Shown in pieces: positions 1 through 13,471 of a stretch of DNA of 64,000 bases. Under the pieces are notes generated by a model, which was given only the letters and a program-made list of their open reading frames with translations, had not been told where the DNA came from and made no database searches. A program made the translations under genes and the position numbers. The first letter of the stretch is position 1, and every line of letters begins with the position of its first letter. Origin of the DNA: Eledone cirrhosa (taxonomy: Eukaryota); assembly GCA_964016885.1 (NCBI GenBank), contig OZ024748.1:18166001-18230000 (forward strand). The letters run 5' to 3'.

Positions 1-625
1 CCTAACCCTTTCATATCCCTGTATGTCTTAACACCCTTCTCATCCCTAACCCTTTCATATCCCTGTATGTCTTAACACCCTTCTCATCCCTAACCCTTTC
101 ATATCCCTGTATGTCTTAACACCCCTCTCATCCCTAACCCTTTCATATCCCTGTACGTCTTAACACCCTTCTCATCCCTAACCCTTTCATATCCCTGTAT
201 GTCTTAACACCCTTCTCATCCCTAACCCTTTCATATCCCTGTATGTCTTAACACCCTTCTCATCCCTAACCCTTTCATATCCCTGTATATCTTAACACCC
301 TTCTCATCCCTAACCCTTTCATATCCCTGTATGTCTTAACACCCTTCTCATCCCTAACCCTTTCATATCCCTGTATGTCTTAACACCCCTCTCATCCCTA
401 ACCCTTTCATATCCCTGTATGTCTTAACACCCCTCTCATCCCTAACCCTTTCATATCCCTGTATGTCTTAACACCCCTCTCATCCCTAACCCTTTCATAT
501 CCCTGTATGTCTTAACACCCTTCTCATCCCTAACCCTTTCATATCCCTGTATGTCTTAACACCCCTCTCATCCCTAACTCTTTCATCTCTATCTTAACAC
601 CCTTCTCATCTTTAACCCTTTTATC
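1..625. repeat. 44-bp minisatellite, about 13-14 copies, runs off the window start
   Basis: Unit cctaaccctttcatatccctgtatgtcttaacacccttctcatc recurs every 44 nt and decays after about 580. Confidence 0.95.
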
Positions 626-684
626 TTCAGAACTTTACTGTATTGCTGTTGACCCTATACTTGTGTCAATGTCGTGACCTTATT

Positions 685-835
685 GTGTTGGTATTGCTGT
701 GTTAACCTTACACATTGTTGGTATTCCTGTGTTGACCTTACACATGTGTTGGTATTGCTGTGTTAACCTTACACATGTGTTGCTGTGTTGACCTTACACA
801 TGTGTTGGTATTGCTGTGTTGACCTTACACATGGT
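685..835. repeat. Degenerate ~30-bp tandem repeat
   Basis: tgttggtattgctgtgttgaccttacaca is repeated about 5 times. Confidence 0.8.
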
Positions 836-1453
836 CAACCATTTATCAAGCTGACCATGCAGTAGATACAATTATATTACTGGTATGTTTTGGACAGGCC
901 AGTATACAATAGACATGTGGTCACTGTACAAGGGACATCTCAGTATATCTAAGTGGTCAATATGCAGTAGACATGTGGTCACTTTACAAGGGAAATGTCA
1001 GTATACTGTGTGTATCTAAGTGGTCACTTTACAATGGGCATGTGGTCAATATACACTGGACATGTGGTCAATATACACTGGACATGTTGAGTGTCTTGTC
1101 TTTTTATAAGCTGTTTAGACAAGGCAAGAACACTGACCCTATGACCCTTTTCATGTGGTGGTGATGGAATGTTCTGAGGTGTATGTATGTGCACGTGTGT
1201 ATGTGTGCACACATGAATGTATATGTGAGTCTGTGTGTGTCCTGAGCACCAAAACTTGGTGATGGGTCTGTTTGGAACACTTTCAATCATGGGTCTGCCA
1301 GATTCAACAGACCAGGGGCCAAACAACAACAGTTAAACAGAATTTAAAACTCCTTTTTTTGTTTTTTTTTTTATTTGTTTCTGTATTGGCATTTTTTTAT
1401 TTTTATGTATTAATTTTATTTTATTTTATTATTTTTTTTAACTTTAAATCCAG

Positions 1454-1679
1454 GTTACCAAAAATGGTTCTTTTACACGGCACAGAAGATGAAGTGGTGC
1501 CAATGTCCTCTAGCACAAAATTTGGTGAAGCCCTCAGCAACATCTTTGCAGATGTCACCGTACGGGTTATTCCATCATGTGACCACTACAACATTTTTGT
1601 CGACCTTATGTCTCCGGAGAGACAATTACACGATGTAGTTATGTGCATAATATTGGAAACGGCACGAAGGTTCTTCTGA
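1454..1679 (+). CDS. Terminal coding exon of an alpha/beta-hydrolase (isoprenylcysteine methylesterase ICME-like / esterase-lipase type); upstream exons not identified in the window
   Basis: Long T-rich tract then cag acceptor (AG 1452-1453). Frame LPKMVLLHGTEDEVVP...VIPSCDHYNIFVDL...TGA has the HGxxDxxVP catalytic-Asp motif and a catalytic His at typical spacing. Subfamily assignment is from recalled similarity only. Confidence 0.8.
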
Positions 1680-2055
1680 AAGAAACATCTTGCCATCCAA
1701 TTCCACCCCTCCACCACTGTACAAACAACTCTGCTACACAACTCCTTCGTCTTTGAGAGAGAAAAAAAAACGAAAAAAAACCTTTCTTTCCTTCTTTCAG
1801 TCCTTTCTTTTTTTTTTTTTTCATCTTCACCTTTTTTTTTCTGTTATTTATTCCCACCCATGCTTGCTATTATTGATAGAACAGGCATGAATGTCACGGC
1901 TTCCTATTTTTTCCTGCCTGCTTTTCCTTCTACCTCCTCACAAACACCCCACTCGTCCACCCCCAAGCCCCAAATAACTGGTATTTCATACATTCATATA
2001 TATAAGGGCAGTGCTCCAGCATGGCCTCAGCCAGTTGGCTGGAACAGGTAAAAGA

Positions 2056-2092
<37 letters not shown>

Positions 2093-2209
2093 AGAGGGGT
2101 CAATTCCAAAGTCAAAAGGAAGGAGTTTCACCCCCACCAACCCCCTTCACCCCCAACACTCCCAATCCCACCATAACCACTCCTGCCACAACCATCACCA
2201 GATTTGTGA

Positions 2210-2430
2210 AGGAGCATGGCTTAGTGGTTAGGGTGTTGGACTCAGGATTGTAAGGTTGTGAGTTCAATTCCTGGACTGGGATGTGCATTGTATCCTTGAG
2301 CAAGATACTTTATTTCATGTTGCTCCAGTCCACTGTGTCCTTGAGCAAGATACTTTATTTCACATTGCTCCAGTCCACACAGTTGGCTAAATATGTTGTA
2401 CCTTTAATTCAAAAGGGCTGCCTTGGCATG
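2210..2430 (+). mobile_element. tRNA-derived SINE family B (CORE-like domain), partial
   Basis: A box tggcttagtgg, B box gagttcaattcc, then tgtccttgagcaagatacttt (locally duplicated). Other copies at 17200, 53930 and 54768. Confidence 0.8.
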
Positions 2431-2601
2431 TACACCCCTAACACCAGGTTTGAAACTAACTCACTACTGCTTACTCTGCTAGTGCCCTTGGTGGTAGTGA
2501 GAAAGGAAAAGGTATGAATGCCACATAATCTCATTCCGCCTCCTCCCTCACCCCACTCCATCCACTGAATTTGGGGCCTTGTGCATATGAGTGAAAAAGA
2601 A

Positions 2602-2632
<31 letters not shown>

Positions 2633-2633
<1 letters not shown>

Positions 2634-2850
2634 GGGTGATGACTTGGCGGTAACCGTAGTAGAGTGTCTGACAACATGCTTTGCGGCATATAGTTATGGC
2701 CCTTTACAGTCTGAGTTCAAATCCTGCCCAGGTTAACTTTGCCTTTCATAAAATTAGTACCAGTAATACACTGGAGGGGGGGGGGTTAATCAACTTTCCT
2801 CCCCTCCTCCCAAAAGTGGTTGGCTTTATGCCAAAATTATAAAAGATTAT
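2633..2850 (+). mobile_element. tRNA-derived SINE family A (most abundant repeat in the window)
   Basis: Consensus ggtggattggcagtatcggtagagcgtcgg...ctgagttcaaatcccgccgaggttaactttgcctttcatcc...gtaccagtaatgcactgggg...ggccttgtgcc followed by an (ATT)n tail. About 30 copies or fragments, e.g. 6412, 7725, 8440, 9743, 17810(-), 45213(-), 46725(-), 46958(-), 60190. Confidence 0.85.
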
Positions 2851-3212
2851 TATTATTATTATTATTGATATTATATATCTATGTCGTTGGTGTGTTCATT
2901 GTTGAAGCAGAGGTGACATTCTAGCTCCACTGGTTCAATAATTCTGGGTCTCACTTGAGACACACAGACACAGACTAATTCACTTCATTCAAATACAGTT
3001 TTTGTTGCTAATGCTTGGGGTGGGTGGGGAAGGAGATGGGAATGGCATGAACAACACAACAAATTCACTTTGTTTTGGCTTTGGGGAACTGGGGACTTGG
3101 AAACGAAGCTTTACTCAAGAGGCGTAAAGCTTTAATTGGTGGGTAAGGGGGGGGGGGGGGGGGGGAGACAATTACTATATATATATATGTATGTATCTAT
3201 GTGTGTGTGTGG

Positions 3213-3256
<44 letters not shown>

Positions 3257-3265
3257 ATATATATA

Positions 3266-3372
<107 letters not shown>

Positions 3373-3538
3373 CGGGGGGAGTGTAACCCCGACTTTCAAC
3401 ACCAAGTGGTTTCGGCTTGTATTCACCAAGCCCTCTCATGGGTATAACTCAAGGGTTTATACCTTCCTTTTTACCCACTCAGCATCTCCCCATGCATTGA
3501 GTACTCCCAATTATTTGTGGTCCCAGTACTGCAGATTT

Positions 3539-3608
<70 letters not shown>

Positions 3609-3688
3609 CATATATATAGTAATAATAATAAGGGTGAAAGCAGCGATTCTTTGCTTAAACTTTAATCTGTTATTTTAATAAATATACA

Positions 3689-3720
<32 letters not shown>

Positions 3721-3721
3721 C

Positions 3722-3768
<47 letters not shown>

Positions 3769-3790
3769 CATATACACACACATATACATA

Positions 3791-3878
3791 CAGGGTGTCC
3801 CACAAAAATGTAGACATTCTAATAAATATTGCCTTTACAGGTAATCAAAGTGTGTATACATTGTTTTGGGAAATCCTG
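3791..3878. mobile_element. Tc1/mariner-type MITE
   Basis: TA-cagggtgtccc...gggaaatcctg-TA with imperfect TIRs. Related copy at 54387-54465 and an internal hairpin at 13865-13912. Confidence 0.7.
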
Positions 3879-4119
3879 TATATATATATATATATGCATG
3901 TCTGTATCTATATATGTATGTATGTATGTATGCATATGTATATATTTGTATGCATATATGTGTGTGCCTGTGTCAATGTTTACATATGTTTATAGCAGTT
4001 AGACCAAAACAAATAATCAATAAAATAAGTATTGGGGTTGTTGTGATTGATTACATGAAGCCGGTGCTCCAGCATGGTCACAGTCTAATGACTGAAACTA
4101 GTAAATAAAAGTATAAAAT

Positions 4120-4275
4120 ACCATATATATACTCATATATAAGTCAAACCATCCCACCTCCCCTCCAAAATGACATGTTAAAACCAGCATGACATTTATT
4201 TATTGAACCTACAAAAAACTGTACTGAGCCAAGTATGGTGTATGTAAAATGGTGTGACTTATACATGAGTATATA
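4120..4275. mobile_element. Short TIR element (MITE)
   Basis: tatatactcatatataagtca ... tgacttatacatgagtatata imperfect inverted repeats. Confidence 0.5.
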
Positions 4276-4320
<45 letters not shown>

Positions 4321-4369
4321 TGTGTATTAAATTGTGGATTGGAGGAGAAAGAAATATCAAGTGTTTCTT

Positions 4370-4742
4370 TCTTGTGTCACAGAGAATAAGGTAAAACTCT
4401 CTCTTTAAAGACATGTCACAGAGAACAAGGTAAAACTCTCTCTTATTTAAAGACTTGTCACAGAGATTGGAGTAAGAGTGTCTCTCTTTAAAACATGTCG
4501 CAGAGAACAAGATAAAACTGTATCTCCTTAAAGATTTCTGTCACAGAGAATAAGGTAAAATTCTCTCCCTTTAAAGACGTGTCACAGAGAACAAGGTGAA
4601 AGTCTCTCATTTAAAGACATGTTACAGAGAATGAGGTAAAACTGTCTCTCTTTAAATACTTCTGTCACAGAGAATAAGGTAAAATTCTCTTCTTTTAAAG
4701 ACTTGTCACAGAAAACAAGGTGAAAGTTTCTCATTTAAAGAT
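4370..4742. repeat. Degenerate ~38-44-bp tandem repeat
   Basis: tgtcacagagaa(t/c)aaggtaaaactctctctttaaagac is repeated about 9 times. Confidence 0.85.
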
Positions 4743-4770
4743 ATGGAATGAGATAAAAAAAACCTTTTAA

Positions 4771-5790
4771 CCCTTTCATGGACTATATTTATTTCTAATG
4801 AAATATATTGTCTTTCAATTAATTTATGAAGAATTTTGAGGGATTTACAGTACTTATTAATTATTTCATTACGAAGATAGTAACTTAACATATGGTTCTT
4901 ATATAAAATTATGTTGGAAGATTTTAATTTGGGTGGGTTTTGTTTCATAGAACTTGAGCTAGTTTGGGCTAAGTTGATATCAAAAGATTTAAATACAAAC
5001 CCTTTGAAATGGGGCTTTTGTTAGGTTGGTATTAAAAGGATTAAATACAAACCCTTTGAAATAGGTGTTTTTTGTTTCATAGAACCTGAGCTAGTTTGGG
5101 CTAAGTTGATATCAAAAGATTTAAATACAAACCCTTTGAAATGGGGCTTTTGTTAGGTTAATATTAAAAGGATTAAATACAAACCCTTTGAAATAGGTGT
5201 TTTTTGTTTCATAGAACCTGAGCTAGTTTGGGCCAAGTTGATATCAAAAGATTTAAATACAAACCCTTTGAAATGGGACTTTTGTTAGGTTGGTATTAAA
5301 AGGATAAAATACAAACCCTTTGAAATAGGTGGTTTTTGTTTCATAGAACCTGAGCTAGTTTGGGCCAAGTTGATATCAAAAGATTTAAATACAAACCCTT
5401 TGAAATGGGACTTTTGTTAGGTTGGTATTAAAAGGATTAAATACAAACCCTTTGAAATAGGTGGTTTTTGTTTCATAGAACCTGAGCTAGTTTGGGCTAA
5501 GTTGATATCAAAAGATTTAAATACAAACCCTTTGAAATGGGACTTTTGTTAGGTTGGTATTAAAAGGATTAAATACAAACCCTTTGAAATAGGTGTTTTT
5601 TGTTTCATAGAACCTGAGCTAGTTTGGGCCAAGTTGATATCAAAAGATTTAAATACAAACCCTTTGAAATGGGGCTTTTGTTAGGTTGGTATTAAAAGGA
5701 TTAAATACAAACCCTTTGAAATAGGTGGCTTTTATTTCATAGAACCTGAGCTAGTTTTAGTTGGATTGATATCGGAAGTATTAAATTATT
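4771..5790 (+). repeat. piggyBac-like MITE left end followed by a 132-bp tandem repeat (about 6 copies) built from MITE right-end sequence
   Basis: TTAA-ccctttca at 4767. 'tttcatag' ends at 4950, 5082, 5214, 5346, 5478, 5610 and 5742 (period 132). The unit contains ggtattaaaaggattaa, matching the MITE end at 8774-8790. Confidence 0.85.
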
Positions 5791-7133
5791 TCCTGTTGTC
5801 AATAAATAATTCACTAAATGTCTTTGGTGTGGAACAGTGTTGTGACCTTTGATAGGTGGTGAATTGACAGTCGTTAGAATGTTGGATAGAATGCTTTATT
5901 GTATTTGTTCTGGTTCTCTGAGTTCAAATCATGTCAAAGTCAATAAAAAAAGTAACAGTCTAATACTGGGGTTGATTCTTCCTCTACATCTCTTTCTCAC
6001 TTTCTATCTTTGTCTGAAAGAAATCTCCTGTACTCGGACTTGGAGAGGGATGGGCTCTGCCAAGCTTACAATGCCAAAGAAATACTGTATTAACATATGG
6101 CGCCCCTATGACTCTATCAGGAGTTACGGGACCATACATTCATACATGATCTTTGATATGAGTGGTTTTGTTTCAGAGAACCTGAGCTGATTCTTAGCCA
6201 AAAATTGGTAGCATAAGGGTTAAAGAGAAAAGTACTAATATGTCCAATATGAAAGAATGTTGTGATGACAGGTTGACAATAGCCCCAGGCTAGTTTTTAT
6301 TTTTGAACATGTCTGTGTGTTTTTATATACTTCTAAATGATTCATCAGTGTTGTTCTTGTTGTTAAGGAAATAATTGTGTTGCTTTTATTCTTCAATATC
6401 GTTATTCTTAGTAGGGTGGTGGATTGGCAGTATTAGTAGAGCGTCGGACAGCATGCTTTGCGGCGTCGAGTTACGGCCCTTTAGGTTCTGAAGTCAAATC
6501 CCTCCGAGGTTAGCTTTGCCTTTCATCCTTACAGGGGTTGATAAAATAAGACACCAGTAATGCACTTTCTCCTCCCCACAAAATTGTTGGCTTTGTGCCA
6601 TTATTATATAAAGGGGCAGTAGATTTGCAAAATTGTTAGACCATTAGCAGGGTCCATGCTATGATTAAGGTCAACTAAGCAGCTCACCTAATGTGCAGCA
6701 GAACTCAGAAAAGGTGCATTACTGGACCTTAAAGTATCAAGGTTTCATACAAATTTGTATAATTCAATTAAGTATAAAATAATTTCCCGTGTAAATCACT
6801 AAATACTTTGAGTATGAGAATATTTCATGATATTCTCTCAATTCTGCCAATCCACCAGTATTTTACCTTCTGAGTTCAAATCCTACCATGGTCAACTTTA
6901 CTTTTCATCATTCCCAGTAAAGATTTCTTTGCTTTCACCCAAATGGCTTGGGTTGGTTCTATTCCCAGCATGGTAACTAAATCTCAGGGTAGTGATTGAC
7001 AAAAAAACAGCATTATTGGACTGGACAAAATGCCTTGCAGTATTTGCTCTGAGTTCAAATCCTGTTGATGTCAATTTTGCCTTTTATCCTTTCGGTATTG
7101 GATAAAATAAAGCACCAATGAAGTTCTGTTCTT

Positions 7134-7566
7134 CTGCTTACATGGATTCCCTTGACTCTCTTTCACCAGCCAGTTCTAGTGTTCATCATATTCGGCAGGT
7201 GAGAAGGATTACAGTTTATGTTGTCACAAATCTGCTAGGTCCCACTGCTTACATGGATTCCCTTGACTCTCTGTCACCATCCAGTTCTAGTGTTCATCAT
7301 ATTCAGCAGGTGAGAAGGATTACAGTTTATGTTGTCACAAATCTGCTAGGTCCCACTGCTTACATGGATTCCCTTGACTCTCTGTCACCAGCCAGTTCTA
7401 GTGTTCATCATATTCGGCAGGTGAGAAGGATTGCAGTTTATGTTGTCACAAATCTGCTAGGTCCCACTGCTTACATGGATTCCCTTGACTCTCTGTCACC
7501 AGCCAGTTCTAGTGTTCATCATATTCAGCAGGTGAAAGGGATTACAGTTATGTCATCACAAATCTA
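7134..7566. repeat. 111-bp tandem repeat, about 3.9 copies
   Basis: catggattccc at 7141, 7252, 7363 and 7474. Confidence 0.95.
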
Positions 7567-8321
7567 CTTGAGATAGGTCTTGGCTTGTCGTCCTCTGCTA
7601 GCTCCTCCTTGTGTAGGCTCATACCACGAAGCAACTTCACTAACAATTTTGTCTTTAACTTTTTCTATCAAATTTCTGGCCCTGTAACTATGTTGGAAAC
7701 AATTGTTATAATTATTATTATTATGGTAGTGGATTGGCAGTATCAGTAGAGGGTCAGACACCATGCTTTGCAGCATAGATTTACGACCCTTTATAGTCTG
7801 AGTTCAAATCCCGCCGAGGTTAACTTTGCCTTTCATCCTTACGGGGTCGATAAAATAAAGCACCAGTAATACACTGGGGTAATTGCTGGCCTTGTGCCAA
7901 AAGTAAAAACAATTATCACTATTATGGTATATGTTTGGAAACAACTCTCAGAATATTATTCAAGTTCTCCATAAAAAATTTGGGTGGGTGAGGACTGGTT
8001 TCATATTATGTTAAAATGTCTCAAATTTAACTGTCAAATCAATATATTTATGTTGTGAAAATGTAGGGGGTGGGGTGTAAGATAGTAAACCTGTTAACAT
8101 AAGGAAGCATTTGAAGGACTTATGGGCCTCAAGGAAAGGCTTCATATTTGTCATGGTGTTTATCTATTTTGAAACAATGTTTTACAGCCAGATGCTGTAC
8201 CTGATGTCAACTCTTTTAGGGTTCCCTTATGATTCACAGGGATATGGTGTACCTATTATTCTAAACCAGGTACACATGACATATTGTAAACCTGTCAGAT
8301 AAGAATATATGTTCGGGTTAA

Positions 8322-8786
8322 CCCTTTCATTACCATATTTATAATGAAATACACCACCCATGTGTTTGTTGTAATTAATTTTGTAAATAATAACCAATTT
8401 GAAGGAATTCAAGTGAAGTGACTAACCATATTATTAAGTCGGTGGATTGGCAGAATCGGTAGAGTGTCAGACACCATGCTTCGTGGCATAGTTATGGCCC
8501 TTTATGTTCTGAGTTCAAATCCCACTGAGGTTAGCTTTGCCTTTCATCCTTACGGGGAGTCAATAAAATAAAGCACCAGTAATGTACTGGGGTCAATTTA
8601 ATCAACTTTACCACCTCCAAAATTGTCGGCCTTGTGCCTAAATCAGAAACCATTATTAAGTCGGAGTGTAGTACATAGCTTAACAGATATATTCTTCCAT
8701 AATGTTATATATATTTTATTTGAATATGAATACTTTAAACCAGAGGTTTGTGGTCATAGAATTAGGGTGAGTTGGTATTAAAAGGG
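8322..8786 (+). mobile_element. piggyBac-like MITE interrupted by a SINE A insertion
   Basis: TTAA-ccctttcattacca ... tggtattaaaaggg-TTAA. The nested SINE is flanked by the 13-bp TSD attattaagtcgg (8430-8442 and 8652-8664). Confidence 0.75.
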
Positions 8787-10182
8787 TTAAAACAAATTCT
8801 TGTATGTGTGTGTGTTTATATGTGAGAATTATCATAGCTAGCCAAATATATATGGTGTGTATATATATATAATCTGTATGTGTTTATATGTGAGAATTGT
8901 CATAGCTAGCCAAATATACATGGTGTGTTTATTATATATATATATATATGTCCCACCCTTGCAAGCAGGGAAAAGCGGATGTAAAATGAAATGAAATGTG
9001 TTTATATGTGGGAATTGTCATAGCTAGGCAACTATATATAGTGTGAGTTCATTAGCATTAAATAGATGAATATATGAGAGTTTAGTACTGAATAATAACA
9101 AATTTACTAATGAAAGGACTCAATACTGAATGTAGAGTAAAAATTACTATATAAAATAAAGATGTTGACTGTGATTATTCCTCTTGAGGTTTGTTCAAAT
9201 ATATATTAATATATATATGTGTATGTATATGTATATCTGTATGTATAGTGGGTTCTGATCTGGCTATCCTAGTAGCTAGTAGCCCACAATAGAGGAAGAA
9301 CTCAATATTTAAATTAAGTTATTCTATAAGTAGATATATTTATAGACTTACAACATGGCCATGATGTTTCAGCAAAGCTTGTGTTCACTAAGCTATATCT
9401 GATGAAACTTACCAAACACAAACTTTGCTGAAACATTGTGGCCCTACTGTAAAAAAATAAACATATCTACTTATTTATATGTGTGTGTATGTATATATAT
9501 ATATGTTTATATACATATATATATACACACACATTTATCATCAATTGATAATTATCTTAGAGTTCCAGCATTTTTAAAAATTCTCAATGTTGTTGATGTT
9601 GATTGTCGTCCCTCTCCAGAGCTTTTATCGAATAAATACCAGTCATACGCTGGTGCTAATCATATCAACTGTGCTTTCTTCTCTCTACAAAAATGTTGGC
9701 CAATGCCTGGTCAACAGAAACCATTGTTATTGTTGTTGTAAATAGGGTGGAGCATTGGACAATATGCTTTATGGCATAGAGTTATGGCCCTTTACATTCT
9801 GAGTTCATATCCGGCCAAGGTTAACTTTACCTTGCATCCTTCGGAGTTGACAAAATAAAGTACCAGTTATGCACTGGGGTCGATTTAATTGATGTTACCC
9901 TCCCCCAAAAATTGTTGGCCTTGTGCCTAAGTTGTTGTGAAAGCAGTGGAGTGGCAAATAATGAAATAATTTTTAGTTTATTGTTGAAATCCCCATAAGA
10001 TTCAGTTTTCCTTTAACTGTTTCGTGATCATATTTCTGAAGAAATATTCTCTATTTTAATTAATTAATTAAAGAATTTTGAGAGATTTATTAAAATTATT
10101 AATTACTTTTTACTTATTAAAATAGTAACTTAACATACGGTTTAGTTTAAATAGGAATCCTTTAAAATATGTGGTTTTATTT

Positions 10183-10750
10183 CGAGAGAGAGACTGAGCA
10201 TAAGAGGAATCAAATGCTGTTTGCAGGAGAGGCGGTTGCGCTGGTATGGACATGTGATGCGTATGAAGGATGACAGCTGCATAAAAAGGTGCAGAGCACT
10301 AGAAGTCGATGGAAACCGCGGAGTGGGGAGACCCAAGATGACCTGGGATGAGGTGATAAAAGCCGACCTTACCCAATTACACCTCTCAAAGGCAATGACA
10401 CACGACCGTGACCTCTGGCGTCACGCAGTAATACAGAGTACCCGACCTCCCATGGGTACAAGCTGAAGCATATAGACAATATGCTCCCACCGCAAGGTGG
10501 TCGTGGAGGTACCACGACAAAAAAGCACCCAGCCCACACTGTAAAGTGGACGTGTAGGCGCCACGAAAAAGCACCCAGCGCTCACTGTAAATGAGGTTGG
10601 TGTTAGGAAGGGCATCCAGCTGTAGAAATCAAGCCAAATCAGTTCCTGTATGAGCAAGGCATGGCCAGCCGACCAGACACTGCCCACAACAGGACAACCC
10701 GTCTAACCCATGCTAGCGTGGAAGAATGGATGTAAAATGGTGATGATGAT
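10183..10750 (+). mobile_element. 5'-truncated RTE LINE 3' end
   Basis: Encodes QERRLRWYGHVMR...RGVGRPKMTW, followed by a 3' UTR ending in (GAT)n. Near-identical to 21618-22277. Confidence 0.9.
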
Positions 10751-11135
10751 TTCATAGAACCAGAGCTGGTTTTTGTCAGGTTGGTATCAAAAGATTTAAA
10801 ATTATGAATTATTTCATTATTAACATAGTAACTTAACATCTGATTCTTATATATAATTATGCTGGACGATTTTAATTTAAATAGGATCGAACACTTTAAA
10901 ATATGTGGTTTTGTTGCATTATTTGGTTGGGTTGATACTAAAGAGTTTAAATCCCTTCAATTTGTTGATTATTTCCCAAATGATTTCCAGATTATAGGCA
11001 GAGTCCTTCATTGGAAATATGTCTATGCCTTCAACCCTTCCATTACCATATTTCTAATGAAAGACACTGCCTATAAATTTTGAATGTAAGTGAAAATTTG
11101 GAGCAATTTAGTAACATAACTAATTTTGTCATTAA

Positions 11136-11343
11136 CCCTTTAGCATTTACATTACTCTATATTTACTATTATATTTTCACAGTAAAGGCTTTACCTCACA
11201 TAATATTGAATCTATGAGATTTTGATATTATTAATTTTCAGAACAATGCCTTAACATCAGTATGAGCAGCCGGTTACTGCCAGTTTGAACAGAAAGAGGT
11301 GAGAGAATTCTACCTGGATATGGCCAATTTAAATGCTAAATGG
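11136..11343 (+). mobile_element. piggyBac-like MITE (second family)
   Basis: TTAA-ccctttagcattta ... taaatgctaaatgg-TTAA. Reverse-complement copies at 12812 and 13262. Confidence 0.75.
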
Positions 11344-12811
11344 TTAAGTTAGAGTTCGCAGTATAACTAAATCGTTCTAACATAAAATGTTGATGGAAAG
11401 TATGTCGATAAATATAAACACTTAAAAACCAGCAGTTTTGTGGCTTCCTTGAGAATTACATCTCAAATTTTTCTTGGTGATATATGAATTGTAAAATGTC
11501 AGAAGAAAAGAAAATTGAAAATCTTTTACAATTATGTTCTAAATTGTCACCAATTTCACTGTCTCCAGTTGATGAACAACAACACCACCACCATTACCAT
11601 CAATAGCAATATCACCACCATCAACCTCAACACCATCCCACCTCTTCCACCATCATGACCCACCACTGCTACCATCACTACCACCAACACAACCACAACC
11701 ACCACCACCATTATCACAAGCTTCCTCTTCATTCTATCCTGTTGTCATCTACTTTCATATGGTGGTGGTGGTGGTGGTGGGGTGATGAGGTCAATTGACA
11801 CATTTTCTTATGTCTAAGTAGGCCCCTGGGTGTTTGTATAATGTGTGATTATATATGTGTACAAGTGTGGTGTGTGCAATGTGTATTTATATATGTGCAC
11901 AAGTGTTTGTACATACATATATACATATGAATGTACTCTGCCAAATATAAACCCATTTCAAATATATGTATATATATATATATGAGTGTGTGTATATATA
12001 TATATGTGTGTGTGTGTATCGCAGGTTTCAATCGGGTGTAAACACAGTAAGTAAGGTACTCAATACATAGCAGAGCATAGATGATGATTTCCTTCGAATG
12101 AAACAGTTCTAGTTCTGTGGAAGCCATTTCTATATTATATATATATTTCTATATAGTTTATGTGTGTGTATGCCATATGTTTATATATGCGTGTGTATAA
12201 ACATATATTTATATATGTGTATCCAGGCTAGCTAAATTTTTGAGAAGTTCTGTTTGAAATCATGAAATCTCAGGTTTGATCTTACTGTATGGCAGTTCAG
12301 GAGAGCTGACCTGGTGTTAAAGAGCAACACATACATGCAATAACTCACCGACACTGCAGTTCAATAGCTCCATTTGTGTATTCGCTTGCAGTTTCTTGTA
12401 TTCTTTTACTGGTTTCAGTCATTAGACTGTGTCCATGCTGGAGCACTGCCTTAAATCATAAATATTATAGATTAATAAATAACTCTTGCCCACAATTATC
12501 TTAGAAATAATGCTATTTACAATTGTGAAATATCAACACTTAGGAGCAACTTCAAGTAACTTTAAAACCCATTTTTATTTGCATTAAAAAACTCTCTATC
12601 CATAGCTAAATTAATCTGGCATTTAAAAATCTATAACATAAGATACTTTCTTTAGTGGGATATTATTAATTCTGCAAAGCCTTATTGTGGGGGTAAAACT
12701 AAATTTAATCTTTTTCTGACCAAAGCATTAGCAATAATTCAAAAATGATCCTTCTCAAATCTAAAAATGAAATAATCTCTTCTTGTCCACATAGAACATT
12801 TTATTCTTTAA

Positions 12812-13004
12812 CCCTTTAATGTTCAAACCAGCCAGAATTCTCTACCTCTCTCTGTTGGAACTGGCAGTAACCAGTCGCTCAAACTGATGTTAAGGTATTG
12901 TTTTCAAAATCTCAGATTCGATACTATGTGAGATAATTATGCAAGGTAAAGCCTTTACCATGAAAATATAATAGTATATATAGAGTAATGTGAATACTAA
13001 AGGG
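12812..13004 (-). mobile_element. piggyBac-like MITE (second family)
   Basis: TTAA-cccttta...taaaggg-TTAA; homologous to 11136-11343. Confidence 0.8.
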
Positions 13005-13040
13005 TTAAGTAAGTTTGTTTTGAAACAACAAGCAAGTTTA

Positions 13041-13164
13041 ACTAAAGAAATTTTAGCCTGATAGTGGAGTTTAGAAGCCTCTAAAAAATGGAAAAAGCAA
13101 TACTCATTTTTTTCCATTTCTTATAGGTTTCTAAACCCCACTATCAGACTAAAATTTCTTTAGT
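13041..13164. repeat. Fold-back hairpin element (about 55-bp imperfect arms)
   Basis: actaaagaaattttagcctgatagtgg... pairs with ...ccactatcagactaaaatttctttagt. Confidence 0.8.
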
Positions 13165-13261
13165 CAAAAATACAGTGGAAGCTTCTATTTCTATTTTGTT
13201 CTTTCTTTTACAAACTCTGCGACCCAGATTAATTATACACATGTTTAAGTATCTTTATTAA

Positions 13262-13471
13262 CCCTTTAATGTTCAAATCGGCCAGACTTCTCTACCTCTT
13301 TCTGTTGAAACTGGCTGTAACTAGTCGCTCAAACTGATGTTATGGTATTGTTCTCAAAATAAATACTTTCAAAATCTCATAGATTCAATATTATGTGAGA
13401 TAATTATGCGAGGTAAAGCCTTTACCACGAAAATATAATAGTATATATAGAGTAATGTGAATGCAAAAGGG
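13262..13471 (-). mobile_element. piggyBac-like MITE (second family)
   Basis: TTAA-cccttta...aaaaggg-TTAA; homologous to 12812-13004. Confidence 0.8.

Noticed and set aside
1-600. CCCTAA motif suggesting a telomere
   Set aside because: Only one CCCTAA per 44-bp unit, no contiguous (TTAGGG)n, and it lies upstream of a coding exon, probably in an intron.
1272-1453. N-terminal hydrophobic 'TM' part of ORF 1272-1679
   Set aside because: It is the intronic T-rich tract upstream of the acceptor at 1452-1453.
2633-2730. tRNA-like heads with A/B boxes (dozens of copies)
   Set aside because: SINE heads without a valid cloverleaf; only 41849-41922 is a real tRNA.
4370-4742. CRISPR-like appearance of the regularly spaced repeats (also 18631-18918 and 53124-53800)
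   Set aside because: Contiguous tandem units with no unique spacers, no cas genes, eukaryotic context.
7118-7576. 152-aa ORF with 37-aa repeats
   Set aside because: It is open only because the 111-bp unit is a multiple of 3; it starts at a SINE end and has no recognisable motif.
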